NCBI GenBank assembly: GCA_963729175.1
Contig: CAVSMY010000009.1
Coordinates: 82,529 to 146,528 of the forward strand
DNA length: 64,000 nucleotides
From: an uncultured Chloroflexia bacterium
GTDB lineage: Bacteria; Chloroflexota; Limnocylindria; Limnocylindrales; CSP1-4
Reading direction: 5' to 3'
Numbering within the stretch: the first letter of the stretch is position 1; each line of letters starts with the position of its first letter. Positions 19,903 to 30,601 of the stretch are shown here, piece after piece. Made by a program: the position numbers and the translations under genes. Below the pieces are notes generated by a model. That model ran no database searches, was not told where the DNA came from, and saw only the letters and a list, made by a program, of their open reading frames with translations.

Positions 19903-20906
19903 TCCGGCGCTGAGGCCGAGGCGCTGACCGAGGGCGCCGAGACCGGCCGGGCACTCGGTGTCCAGCCGACCCGCAGGAACGCGATCCCGCCGCCGATCGT
20001 CGTGACCGAGAGGATCCCGAGGTGGGCGATGAGCCCCAGCGCGAAGGCCTGGTCCGCGCCGATCCCGATCGCCGACCCGACGGTCACCGCGGCCAGCTCG
20101 AACGTCCCGAAGTAGCCCGGCCCGGACGGGATCGCGGTCGCGAGCGCGACGCCCGATGCCATGAGGGCCGCCTCGGCGATCGTCAACTGGACGCCGATCG
20201 ACTGACCAGCGGCGGCGAACGCGAGGACCGATGCGGACCACGCCCCGGCGGTCAGGACGATCGCCGCGATCAGGGTCATCGGCCGGCCGACCACGGCCAG
20301 GCCGTCGCGCAGCCGGGCGGCGAGCGAATGGACCTTCGGGTAGCGCTCGATCCGCGCCGCGACGCGGTCGGCTCCCGGCAGGCGGTGGGCGACCAGGAGG
20401 ACGACCAGCCCGACGCACAGGAGGGCGGCGACCGCCAGCCCGGCCAGGACGGCGCTGACAAGGACGCCCCGGACCGACAGAAGGAGCGTCGCGATCGCGG
20501 CGATGAGGACGACGAAGGTGGTGTCGATGACGCGCTCGACGACGACCGTTCCGAGGGCCGTCGTGCGGCTCAGGCCCTCCCGATCGCCCAGGTAGTGGCT
20601 TCGGACCAGCTCGCCCAGGCGAGCCGGCAGGACCGTGTTCGCCAGATAGCCGATGAGCTGATAGCCGAGCATCCGGTGATACGGCACCAGCTGGACCGGG
20701 GCGACGAGTCGCTGCCAGCGCCAGCCTCGGAGGCCGACGTCGAGGGTGCACAGGGCGACCATGACGAGGAGCCACGCCGGCGTCGCGGTCCGGATGACAT
20801 CGACGGCCGCGCCGAGATCGACGGCCCGCAGGGCGAGGGCCATCGCGATGATCGAGATGACGAGCCCGATCGCCCCCCGGGCGATGAGCTTGCCGCGGCT
20901 GGTCAC
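19887..20906 (-). CDS. UPF0104 / lysyl-phosphatidylglycerol-synthase-TM-region family membrane protein (flippase-like)
   Basis: 339 aa with about 8 TM helices. RGWRWQRL ... YLANTVLPARLGELVR is typical of the family. It overlaps the upstream GT2 gene by 4 bp. Confidence 0.85.
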   Translation of the reverse strand: MTSRGKLIARGAIGLVISIIAMALALRAVDLGAAVDVIRTATPAWLLVMVALCTLDVGLRGWRWQRLVAPVQLVPYHRMLGYQLIGYLANTVLPARLGELVRSHYLGDREGLSRTTALGTVVVERVIDTTFVVLIAAIATLLLSVRGVLVSAVLAGLAVAALLCVGLVVLLVAHRLPGADRVAARIERYPKVHSLAARLRDGLAVVGRPMTLIAAIVLTAGAWSASVLAFAAAGQSIGVQLTIAEAALMASGVALATAIPSGPGYFGTFELAAVTVGSAIGIGADQAFALGLIAHLGILSVTTIGGGIAFLRVGWTPSARPVSAPSVSASASAPDQARS

Positions 20907-21715
20907 GCCGGGCGGCGGGCGCGGAGCTTTGCGGACGGGCGCACCCAGCGATGGACGAGGTAACGGACGACGACCTGCATGGTCGACAGACCGTACACGA
21001 CAGAGCGCTTGAAGCCCACGGAGCTTGCCTCGGCGAAGTACCGCGTGGGCACCGCGATCTCGCCGATCCGATCCCCCATCCCCGCAGCGACGACCTGGGC
21101 GATCAGCTCCTGGTCGAAGACGAAGTCATCGGAGTTCAAGCGATACGGGATCGTCTCGAGCAGGCCACGGCTGTAGGCCCGCAGGCCGGTGTGGTACTCG
21201 GACAGCCGGAGCCCGAAAGCGATGTTCTCGACCGCGGTCAGGAACCGGTTGCTGACCCACTTCCAGGTCGGCATCCCGCCGGCCAGGGGATCGCCGAGGA
21301 ACCGGCTGCCCAGCATCAGGTCCGCCTCGCCGCGCCGGATCGGCTCGACCAGCGCCGGGATCCGGGTCGCGTCGTACTGGTAGTCCGGGTGGAGCATCAC
21401 GACCACGTCGGCGCCGCACTCCAGGGCCGCGTCGTAGCAGGTCTTCTGGTTGCCGCCGTACCCGAGGTTCTGGCGGTGGACGATGACATCGAGCCCCAGG
21501 CGCCGGGCGACGTCGACGGTCTCGTCACGCGACACGTCGTCGACGAGGATGATCCGGGAGATCAGGGCGTGGGGGATGTCGGCATACGTCCGCTCGAGCG
21601 TCTTGGCCGCGTTGTATGCCGGCATGACGATGACGACCGTCGATCGACCGTCACCGTCAGAGCGCTCTGTGGTCAGCCCCGTGTCCCGCGGCTGGCCGTC
21701 GTCAGCTGGCAGCAC
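20903..21715 (-). CDS. Family-2 glycosyltransferase (polyprenyl-phosphate sugar synthase-like)
   Basis: VVIVMPAYNAAKTLERT ... ILVDDVSRDET ... VVMLHPDYQYD (DXD-like) ... TGLRAYSR. Confidence 0.9.
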   Translation of the reverse strand: MLPADDGQPRDTGLTTERSDGDGRSTVVIVMPAYNAAKTLERTYADIPHALISRIILVDDVSRDETVDVARRLGLDVIVHRQNLGYGGNQKTCYDAALECGADVVVMLHPDYQYDATRIPALVEPIRRGEADLMLGSRFLGDPLAGGMPTWKWVSNRFLTAVENIAFGLRLSEYHTGLRAYSRGLLETIPYRLNSDDFVFDQELIAQVVAAGMGDRIGEIAVPTRYFAEASSVGFKRSVVYGLSTMQVVVRYLVHRWVRPSAKLRARRPA

Positions 21716-21871
21716 GTGGGTCAGCGTAGCACCCGGTCAGCGCCGCTCAAGCCCGACCGGTCGTACCATCCGGCGATGGCCCATCTGCGTGCCGGACCCA
21801 TCCCACGACCGGTCATGGAACCGTCATGGGCCGCATGAGAGGATGACCCCAGCAGCCCCCTGGAGATCCTG

Positions 21872-22473
21872 ATGCTCGATCGTCTTCTGGGTCGGTCCGT
21901 GGACCCGGCCGTCAAGGACCGCATCCCGCCCGGCCAGTACCTCACCGAGAAGTTCCCCGTCCTCCACTACGGATCCGTCCCGCGCGTCGACCTCACGACC
22001 TGGGACTTCCGCGTCTTCGGCCTTGTCGACTCGCCCGTGACGCTGACCTGGGACCAGTTCAAGGCCCTGCCCCGGAAGTCGATCACGACCGACATCCATT
22101 GCGTGACCCGCTGGTCGAAGCTCGACACCGAGTGGCAGGGTGTCGCCGATCCAGACGGTCCTCGAGCTGGCCGGTGTCCGGGCGGAGGCGATGTTCGTGG
22201 TCGAGCACGCCGAGCAGGGCTACACGACGAACGTGCCGCTCGTCGGTCCTCGAGGATGACGACGTGATCCTGGCCGACACGTACGACGGTCGGCCGCTCG
22301 ATCCCGAGCACGGCTACCCGCTCCGGCTCGTGCTGCCGAAGCGCTACTTCTGGAAGAGCGCCAAGTGGATCCGGGGCATCGAGCTGCTCGACCACGACGT
22401 CCCGGGCTTCTGGGAGCGCTACGGCTACAACAACAACGCCGACTTCACGAAGGAAGAGCGCTTCAGCGACTGA
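21872..22473 (+). pseudogene. Small molybdopterin-binding oxidoreductase (sulfite-oxidase/YedY-like fold). Two frameshifts (about 22138-22140 and about 22245).
   Basis: Three plus-frame pieces. (i) MLDRLLG ... [14 protein letters not shown] ... [19 protein letters not shown]. (ii) [34 protein letters not shown]. (iii) [48 protein letters not shown]. Both joins are at G runs. Confidence 0.8.
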
Positions 22474-22512
22474 CCGTCGGAGCCTCGGCGCCGGGCGATG
22501 TCGAGGATCGGC

Positions 22513-23277
22513 TCAGTCGAGCCGGAGGGCCGCCGGATGGATGACGAACGGGACGGGCAGGACCAGGACCCACTGACCGGCCAGTGACCCGGTCAGCCAG
22601 CGACTCGAGGCGGACCCGGCGCCCCGGGCGACGAACTGGCGCCCGACCGTCGCGACCGGGATCGCGGCTCCGGGCCGAGGACTCGGGCCCCACGCCTTCG
22701 AGCCATACGGATAGAGCGGGTCGAGGATGTTCGCCGCCGTGACCCGGAAGTCGTCGGTCGCGAGCGGATCCGCGGTCGCCCGGAAGCCGCTCATGACCCA
22801 GGCATGCCGGCCGCGCCACACGAGCAGCCCGACGGGCCGACCGGTGATCCGGATCGCCCGGGCGGCGACCTTCATCGCCGCGTCGAGCGACGGCGCCCCG
22901 ACCAGTCGATACGGTCCGTAGCCGAGCTGGTTGAGACCCGCGGTCCAGCCGCGGACGCTGGCGCCCTGGCGTGTCCGCCCGACCGGGCTCGGACCGCTGA
23001 GCGCGCGGGCGAGCCGCTGGAGGCGGAGCTGGGTCTTCGCCGTCCGGTCATCCGTCGGGGCGATCATGTTCACCATCATCTGCATGCTCGCGCCGACGCA
23101 CTGGACGAAGTTGGTCTGCCCGACGAAGTCCCGCGGGGTCGCGACGTCGAGGCTGTAGCCCTGGGCTGCCTGGGCCGTCGCCGGGGCGAGGAGGCTGACC
23201 GCGGCGAGCGCGCCGAGCAGCAGACGGATCGCCGGGCGACCGAGCCGTGAGCGCGACGCAGAGACGGGAATGGACAT
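22513..23277 (-). CDS. Secreted protein, putative C39-like (papain-fold) cysteine peptidase
   Basis: Signal peptide LLLGALAAVSLLAPATAQAA. Candidate Gln/Cys motif is GQTNFVQCVGASMQMM and candidate His motif is GRHAWVMSGF. The functional call is by motif resemblance only. Confidence 0.7.
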   Translation of the reverse strand: MSIPVSASRSRLGRPAIRLLLGALAAVSLLAPATAQAAQGYSLDVATPRDFVGQTNFVQCVGASMQMMVNMIAPTDDRTAKTQLRLQRLARALSGPSPVGRTRQGASVRGWTAGLNQLGYGPYRLVGAPSLDAAMKVAARAIRITGRPVGLLVWRGRHAWVMSGFRATADPLATDDFRVTAANILDPLYPYGSKAWGPSPRPGAAIPVATVGRQFVARGAGSASSRWLTGSLAGQWVLVLPVPFVIHPAALRLD

Positions 23278-23421
23278 CGGACCGACCGAGGGTACCGCCC
23301 GGTCCGATGGCTGTCACGCGGCTGCGACGTCGCTGCGAGGGCCCGCGCTCGGGCTGCGAGGCGGCGCAGGGTATCGTTGTGGTGTGCCGGGCGACGGGTG
23401 TTCGCCGGCTCGTGATGCCCG

Positions 23422-24567
23422 ATGACCGAGACCCTGCTGCCCCCGACCGCCCGCCCCCCGGACGGCGCCGAGACGATGCGCATCGCACTCGTCGCGCCGC
23501 CGATCGAGCGCGTGCCGCCGTCCGCGTACGGCGGCACGGAGCGGATCGTCCATGCCCTGGCCGTCGAGCTGACCCGGCGCGGTCACGATGTGACGACGTT
23601 CGCCAGCGGCGACTCCGACGTCCCCGGCCGGCTCGTCGCGACGGTGCCGCAGGCCCTTCGCCCGGACGGCTTCGGCGATGACGTCAGCCCGTACATGCTC
23701 CAGACCCTGGATCTCGTCCTCAGCCGGGCCGGGCGCTTCGATCTGGTCCACTCGCATCTCGAGTGGTTCAGCCTGCCGCTCGCGCGGAGCGCCGCCGTGC
23801 CGGTCGCCAGCACATTCCATGGTCGACTGGATCAGCCGTGGTCGACGAGCCTCCTCCGGCGTCCGCCCGCCGGGCTCGTCGCGATCAGCCGAAGCCAGGC
23901 GAGTGCTCACCCGGACGTCCCCTGGGAGGTGATCCACAACGGTCTCGACCTGACCGGCGCCCCCTTCCATCCCGACCGGGACGACCGCACCGACGAGCTG
24001 TGCTTCGTGGGCCGCGTCGACCCCGAGAAGGGCATCGTCGACGCGATGGAGGTCGCCAAGGCGACCGGCCGGCGGATCCGGATCGCCGCCAAGGTCGGCA
24101 CGGTCCCGGCTCAGCGCGACTACAACGACCAGGTCTTCCTGCCGGCCCTGAAGGCGGCCGGTTCGACCGTCGAATACCTCGGCGAGATCTCGCCGGCCGA
24201 ACGTGACGAGCTGTTCGCGACGAGCTACGCGACCCTGATGCCGGGCGCATGGCCGGAGCCGTTCGGGCTCGTCGCGATCGAGTCGTTGGCCTGTGGCACG
24301 CCGATCATCGCCCGCCGGGTCGGCGGCCTGCCCGAGATCCTCCGCGAGGGCGTCGACGGCTGGTTCGGGGACGACGTCCGGCACATGGCCTTCCTCCTCC
24401 CGCGCGTCGAGGGGCTGGACCGAGCGGCGATCCGGGCGAGCGTCCTCGAGCGGTTCAGCGCGGCCCGGATGACCGACGCCTACCTGGCCCTGTATCGGCG
24501 GCTCGTCGATGCAGGCCCGAGCACGGGGCGGATCCTCCTGAGTCCCGACGCCCCTACACTGGCCGCC
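23422..24567 (+). CDS. Family-4 (GT-B) glycosyltransferase. No stop codon before the next reading frame.
   Basis: MRIALVAPPIERVPPSAYGGTERIVHALAVEL ... FVGRVDPEKG ... EPFGLVAIESLACGTPII. The frame continues without a stop into the ATG at 24568. Confidence 0.8.
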
Positions 24568-26782
24568 ATGGGGACCGCCACCGCGACCCTTCCGGCGCGC
24601 CGACGCCCGATCGTCCGGGCGACCGACCTCGGCTCGGTCCACGTCCTCAAGCACCGCGGCCTGTTCCTCCTCTCGGACCCGTTCGGGGACATCCACCCCG
24701 ACGCCCGTGGCCTGGGGCTGTACGACGGCGATACGCGGATCCTGTCGTGCGCCGATCCTGCGGGTCGGCGGGGAGCGACCGGTCGTGCTCCGATCCGATC
24801 CCGGCGATGCGTGGCGGGGGGTCATCCTCGCCACGAACCCCGAGCTGCGCCGGCATCCGGGCGACAAGGCGGCCGACCTCGCCGGGGACGCGGTCCTTGC
24901 CCGTCGGACCCTCTCGATCGTCCGCGAGCGGACCCTGGCCGACCGGTTCCGGGAGCAGATCGGAGTCGCGAACCACACGCCTACCCCGCAGGACATCCGG
25001 GTCGAGCTGGCGCTCGACGTCGACAGCGCGGACATCTTCGAAGTCCGCGGCTACGACCGCGCCGCCCGCGGCGAGCTGCTCCCCATCCAGGTCACGGCGG
25101 ACGGCCTCGTCTTCGGCTATCGCGGGCTCGACGAGGTGACGCTCCGGACCCACGTGACATTCGACCCGGCGCCGGAGATCACCGCGGCGCCGGAGGCCGA
25201 CCTCGGAAGCGTCATCGCCCGCTGGGCCTGGCACCTCGAGCCGGGCGAGAAGCGGCGGCTGGAATGGCGAGCCTGGTCGGAGCGGGATCCGACGGATCGG
25301 CCGCTCCATACGATCGGGACCGACGTCGGGGCGACCGATCCCGCTGCGGCCCACCGGGAATGGACCGCCCGGAACGCGACGATCGAGACCGACAACGACA
25401 TCGTCGATCGGGTCGTCGCCCGGGGTGTCGACGACCTGTGCCTGCTCCTTGACCGGACAAGCGACGGCGACGACTTCGTGGCCGCCGGGGTGCCGTGGTT
25501 CGCGACGCTCTTCGGCCGCGACTCGCTGCTCGCCTCCTTCGGGGCGATCGCCTTCGCCCCGAGCCTGGCCGCCGACACCCTCCGCGTCCTCGCCCGGCGC
25601 CAGGCGACGGCCGTCAGCGACGAGCACGATGCCGAGCCCGGCAAGATCCTCCACGAGCTCCGATCGGGCGAGATGGCCCGGACCGGCGAGCTGCCGTTCG
25701 CGGGCTACTACGGCTCAGTCGATTCGACCCCGCTGTGGCTCGTCCTCCTCGGCGAGTATCACGATTGGACCGCCGACGACGACCTGGTCGAGGAGCTGTG
25801 GCCGAGTGCGATGGCGGCGCTGGAGTGGCTCGACACCTGGGGCGACCTCGACGGCGACGGCTTGGTCGAGTACGCCCGCCGCTCGCCGCGCGGTCTCCGG
25901 AACCAGGGTTGGAAGGACTCGGCCGACGCGATCCGCGACCGGACCGGCAGGATCGCCGAACCACCGATCGCGCTCGCCGAGGTCCAGGGCTACGCCTATG
26001 ACGCCCGCCGCCGGATGGCCCGGCTCGCCCGGCGGCGCGGCGAGGACGGCCTGGCGGCGCGGCTCGACGCCGACGCAGCGCTCCTGAAGGCACGCTTCGC
26101 CGAGCGGTTCTGGGTCGCCGATCGGTCCTACCTGGCGATGGCGCTCGACTGCGAGAAGCGCCCGATGGATGCGCTCGGCTCGAACGCCGGGCATTGCCTG
26201 TGGAGCGGCATCGTCCCGGACGAGGCCGCCCACCTCGTCGCCGAGCGACTCCTCGCCCCCGACCTCTTCTCCGGCTGGGGCATCCGGACCTACGGGGCGG
26301 ACGATCCCGGCTACAACCCGCTCGGCTACCACACCGGCAGCGTCTGGCCCCACGACACCGCGATCGCCGCGGCCGGACTCAAGCGGGTCGGCGAGGACGA
26401 GGCGGCTCGACGGCTCGCCGACGGCCTGTTCGATGCGGCCCAGGAGTTCCCGGGCTTCCGGCTCCCGGAGCTCCTGTGCGGCTTCGAACGCTCCGAGACC
26501 GGCGGCCCGGTGCCCTATCCCGTCGCCTGCTCGCCCCAGGCGTGGGCTGCCGCGGTCCCGCTGTGGCTGATCCGGACGTCGCTCGGACTTCGCGCGGATG
26601 CCGCGGCCGGCGAGCTGGAGCTGATCCGCCCGATGCTGCCGTCGGGGATCGACAAGCTGGTCATCCGACGTCTCCGCGTCGGCCCGTCGACGTGCGACGT
26701 GCTCGTCCATCGCTGGCGCGGCCGGACCAGCGCGGAGGTCCTCCACAAGGATGACGCCCTGCGGGTGACGATCCGCCTCTGA
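24568..26782 (+). pseudogene. Amylo-alpha-1,6-glucosidase / glycogen-debranching-enzyme-like protein (GDE N-terminal plus (alpha/alpha)6 catalytic domain). One frameshift at about 24748-24755.
   Basis: The N-terminal piece (MGTATATLP ... VLKHRGLFLLSDPFGDIHPDARGLGLYDGDTRILS) is in the GT4 frame. The rest lies in ORF 24707..26782: ILRVGGERPVVLRSD ... VAAGVPWFATLFGRDSL ... GKILHELRSGE ... GYYGSVDSTPLW ... RNQGWKDS ... GYHTGSVWPHD. Confidence 0.85.
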
Positions 26783-27018
26783 GCCCTGCGGGGGTGACGA
26801 CCCTCTAGGTCGTCGGGTGGCGATCCGCGCCTAGGTCGGCTGCGGCCTAACTCCTCGACCCCGGCAGGCGGCGCAGGCCAGGGCCGGGACGTTCTGGCAG
26901 AGGCGGGTCTGGCAGCGGAACATGAGTCGTCGCGATGGTTGCACGGCCCCGACAGTCGTCGCATCATGCCTGTCCCGGCGTCGCCGACCGGAGCGCGGTC
27001 CCACATGAGGTACAGCCC

Positions 27019-27414
27019 GTGACCCAGGAAGCGGAGCTTCGGGCGACCTCGGATGTCCTCCTCGCCGCGATCGACGAGCTGCGGACGGTCGAGGAAGAGA
27101 AGCGCGAGGTATCACCGGACGACCCGAGCTTTTCGGAGCTCGCGGCACGGGTCGACCATCTCGCCCGGACCGTCCTGGATCTGAGCCAGGTCCAGCGCGA
27201 GCACGCCGACGCTCGGGTCCGACCCTCGAGACCGATCTCCGAGGTCCCTGCAGATCTGCCGATGGCGGCGATCCTCGAGCGCTGGCGGGCCGCCGAGCGC
27301 CAGCTCGAGTCGACCACCCAGGGCAGCGAAGAATGGCTTACGGCGGCAGCCGAGGCCGACGCCTGTCGAGAGGCCTATCGCCGGGCGTGGGAGATGCGGG
27401 CGTCCGGCGGTTGA
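27019..27414 (+). CDS. Small helical hypothetical protein; its C-terminal half is paralogous to the ORF at 57690..57890
   Basis: GTG at 27019 lies 8 nt after GAGG. Contains ELRATSDVLLAAIDELRTVEEEKREV ... AAILERWRAAERQLESTTQGSEEWLTAAAEADACREAYRRAWEM. The composition is coding-like. Confidence 0.6.
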   Translation: MTQEAELRATSDVLLAAIDELRTVEEEKREVSPDDPSFSELAARVDHLARTVLDLSQVQREHADARVRPSRPISEVPADLPMAAILERWRAAERQLESTTQGSEEWLTAAAEADACREAYRRAWEMRASGG

Positions 27415-27438
27415 GCGGTCGGCCTGGCCCACTGGTCG

Positions 27439-27843
27439 TCACGCACGCGTGCCGCTGATCGGCACATTCCCCGCCTGATCATCGACCAGCACGACGACCG
27501 CCTGCGAAGGAGCAGGGTCGGCGGCGAGGCCCGCGCGGTCGAGGGTGCTACGTCCGACGAGTCGACGGAGGCCCCACATCGCGGCCTGACCGAGGAACAG
27601 ATATCGGAGTGGGACGAACAGCAGGCCGACCCGCGCGGCGCTTCCGGCGGCGGGATCGCGCATCGCGCGACTGCCGAGGACCCGGATCGTCCTCGGATCC
27701 GCCACCGTGCGCGCGAAGCCCGTCGGGTCGGTGACCGCCATCCGTGTCAGCCCGCGGGCCGTGGGTGAGCCGACTAGCGCGGCTCCCACGCGGAAGATGT
27801 CGGTGAGCGCGAGCCAGCGCGCGAACGACTTCACGGTCTTCAT
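27439..27843 (-). CDS. Hypothetical protein (134 aa), translationally coupled to the upstream PAP2 gene
   Basis: ATG at 27843 forms an ATGA overlap with the PAP2 stop (27840-27843). It is preceded by AAGGAGG at 7-nt spacing. I do not recognise a family. Confidence 0.65.
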   Translation of the reverse strand: MKTVKSFARWLALTDIFRVGAALVGSPTARGLTRMAVTDPTGFARTVADPRTIRVLGSRAMRDPAAGSAARVGLLFVPLRYLFLGQAAMWGLRRLVGRSTLDRAGLAADPAPSQAVVVLVDDQAGNVPISGTRA

Positions 27844-28446
27844 GGCGCGGCCTCCTTGGGACTGCGAGTGGACAGAGCGAACACCGCCACGGCGGCGATG
27901 CCGGCGGCGAGACCGGCAAGCACGTCGCTCGGGTAGTGGGCGTCGATGCCGACGCGAGCGATCGCCACGAGGGCGACGAAGACGACCGCAGCGATCGCGA
28001 ACAGGACCGCGGCCCAGCGCTGGATCCGACTCCGCCACAGGAGGACCGCGATGATCCCGAAGATCGCGGTGGCTTCGAGCACGTGGCCCGACGGGTAGCT
28101 GTAGATGACGCCCGGGACGACCGTGTCGGAGCCCGGTGGCCGCGGCCGGGCGACAAGCTGCTTCACGACCTCGCTCCCCGCCGTGATGGCCACGAGCACG
28201 ACGACCACGACGAATGCTTCGCGGCGCCGATGCTTCCACCACAGCAAGGCGACGAGAGAGACGCCGATGATGATCAGCGGGATGTTCGCGGCGTTAGACA
28301 GGAGCGCACCACAGGCCGTCGAGGCTGGTCCATGCCCGCCCGAGATCCAGCAGCGGCCTGTCGAACGGGAAGACCACTCCGGCGGCCACGAGGGCCGTCA
28401 GGACGATGAAGGCGGCGGTCCCGAGGACTGCCAGCACCAGCCACAC
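27840..28446 (-). pseudogene. PAP2-family lipid phosphate phosphatase. Frameshift at about 28300-28305; the start is uncertain.
   Basis: ORF 27840..28247 carries the PAP2 motifs KQLVARPRPPG, YPSGH and IARVGIDAHYPSDV. The upstream TM segments (AVWLVLAVLGTAAFIVLTALVAAGVVFPFDRPLLDLG ... DGLW) are in another frame, and the join at GCTCCTG needs a 1-nt correction. The start is GTG at 28446, or ATG at 28534 if there is one more shift. Confidence 0.75.
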
Positions 28447-28810
28447 GGCCCGCGCTGGGATCGTCCGTGGACGCCTGGACGGCAGGATCCGTCCGGCCCT
28501 CGTGCGCGAGGCTGTGCGATGGACCGATCGACATCGACGTCACCCTTGGCGGGCCCGCCGGTCTACACGACCGGGCACGGAGCCTGCGTCACAGGGTCGG
28601 GCCCACGACGGTCCGCCGCGACCGCCAGACGCGCTCGCGGCGCTGCAGATGCATGACAGCGCGAGCGCCTCTCCGAGGCTTCCGCGAGGTCTCCGCCGGG
28701 ATTTGGGAGGGCGCGATGCCGCTCGTCCGCGTCGCTCCCCTATCGCGGTGCCGCCGTGGCATTGCAGTCGCGTGGCAACCGGCTCCAAGCCCTAGCGCCG
28801 AGGCGTCAGC

Positions 28811-30601
28811 GTGTCGATACTCCGTGCCGCGATGTCCATCAGTCGAGCTCTCACGGGTTCCGCGTTGGCCCCGGCGACCATCCCCGACGCCGCCGCGATC
28901 GACCTCGGCTCGGCTCCCGGTGGCGCCGGCCTGCGGGTCGGGCCGATCCTTCGACACGTCGGCGAGCACGACGCCACGATCTGGGTCGAGACGACCGGCC
29001 CGGCGCGCGTCGCTGTCCGGGTGGATGACGTCGAGGTCGAGGCACGGACATTCCAGGTGGCCGGCCATACCTATGCCATGGTGGTGCTGGAAGGCCTGCC
29101 CTCGGGCGCGACCCTGCCATACGAGGTCGCCGTCGATGACGTGACCGTCTGGCCGGCGCCGGGATCGGCAAGCACCGCGGAGCGTCATCCGGACGATCGA
29201 CCCGACCGCCGGCTTCCGCGTGATCTTCGGGTCATGCCGCTCCCCGGTCACCGTCAAGGTCGATGACCCGACAGGATCGGGAGAGGACGTCCTCGGGGCG
29301 TGGGCAAGGCGGATGGCCGGACAGCCGGCGGGAGACCTGGCCTGACGCCCTCCTGATGCTGGGCGACCAGGTCTACGCGGACGAGACCTCACCGCTGACC
29401 CGGGACTTCATCCGTTCGCGTCGAGATCCGTTGCGGCCGCCACACTTCGAGGTCGCTGACTTCGAGGAATACACCCGGCTCTATGCCGAGGCGTGGACCG
29501 ATCCCGATGTCCGGTGGCTGCTCTCGACGATCCCGAGCTCGATGATCTTCGACGACCACGATGTCCTCGATGACTGGAACACGTCCCGCGCCTGGCGCGA
29601 TGAGATCCGGGCCACGTCCTGGTGGCAGGAGCGGATCACCGGCGCCCTCATGTCGTACTGGATCTACCAGCACCTCGGGAATCTGTCGCCGGCCCAGCTT
29701 GCCGAGAACGAGCTCTTCCAGGGCGTCTGCCGAGTCGACGACGCAGAGCCCCTGCTGCGCGAGTTCGCGCAGCAGGCCGACCGCGAGCCTGACGGCGGGC
29801 CCGGCTACCTCTGGTCCTTCCGCCGGGACTTCGGGCGGGTCCGCCTGCTCGTCATCGACTCGCGCTGCGGTCGGGTCCTGACCGAGGGGCAGCGCCGGAT
29901 GATCAGCGAGGCGGAGTTCTCGTGGGTCGAAGCCCAGGTCCAGGACGGCGACTACGACCACCTGCTCGTCGGCACGAGCGTGCCGTGGCTCCTGCCCCGG
30001 GCGCTGCATGACGTCGAGGCGGCGGACGAGCAGCTGACGGCCGGCGTGCGTGGCCGGTGGATCGCCTGGCTGGCGGAGCGCGCCCGGCGCGCGGTGGATC
30101 TCGAGCATTGGGCGGCCTTCAACGACTCCTTCGAGCGGCTGGCCCGACTTTTCGGGCGGATCGGCCGGGGCGAGGACGGAGCGGCTCCGCCGGCCACGAT
30201 CTGCGTGCTGTCAGGTGACGTCCATCACACCTACATCAGCCAGGTGGCCTGGCAGGAGCCGACCGTCTCGAACGTGTTCCAGATCACCTGCTCGCCGCTG
30301 CACAACTCCATCCCGCTGCCGATGCGGCTCGTCTTCACGCTCGCCTGGAGCCGCTACGCGGAGCGCTTCGCGCGGATCGTGTCCCGCTTCGCTCGGGTCC
30401 CATCGGCGAGTATCAGCTGGTCGACGACCGCCGGCCCGTATTTCGGGAACCACCTCGGGGTCCCTCCGATACGAGGGGCGCAACGTGACGTTCGGCCTCC
30501 AGAAGTCGGCGATCGATGGCGGCACGACACGGGCGACACCCGTCACGGACGCGCTCCGGAGCCTCGCCGAGCTCGGACCCGTGGCCCTGGATCCGTCATG
30601 A
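28811..30601 (+). pseudogene. PhoD-like metallophosphatase (alkaline phosphatase D family). Three frameshifts (about 29160-29190, 29325-29345, 30457-30460).
   Basis: Four plus-frame pieces. (i) LRVGPILRHVGEHDATIWVETTGPARVAV ... VWPAPGS. (ii) VIRTIDPTAGFRVIFGSCRSP ... GEDVLGAWARRMAGQP. (iii) WPDALLMLGDQVYADE ... MIFDDHDVLDDWN ... VLSGDVHHTYI ... GPYFGNHLG. (iv) LRYEGRNVTFGLQKSAIDGG ... ALDPS, then the stop at 30601. Confidence 0.8.
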
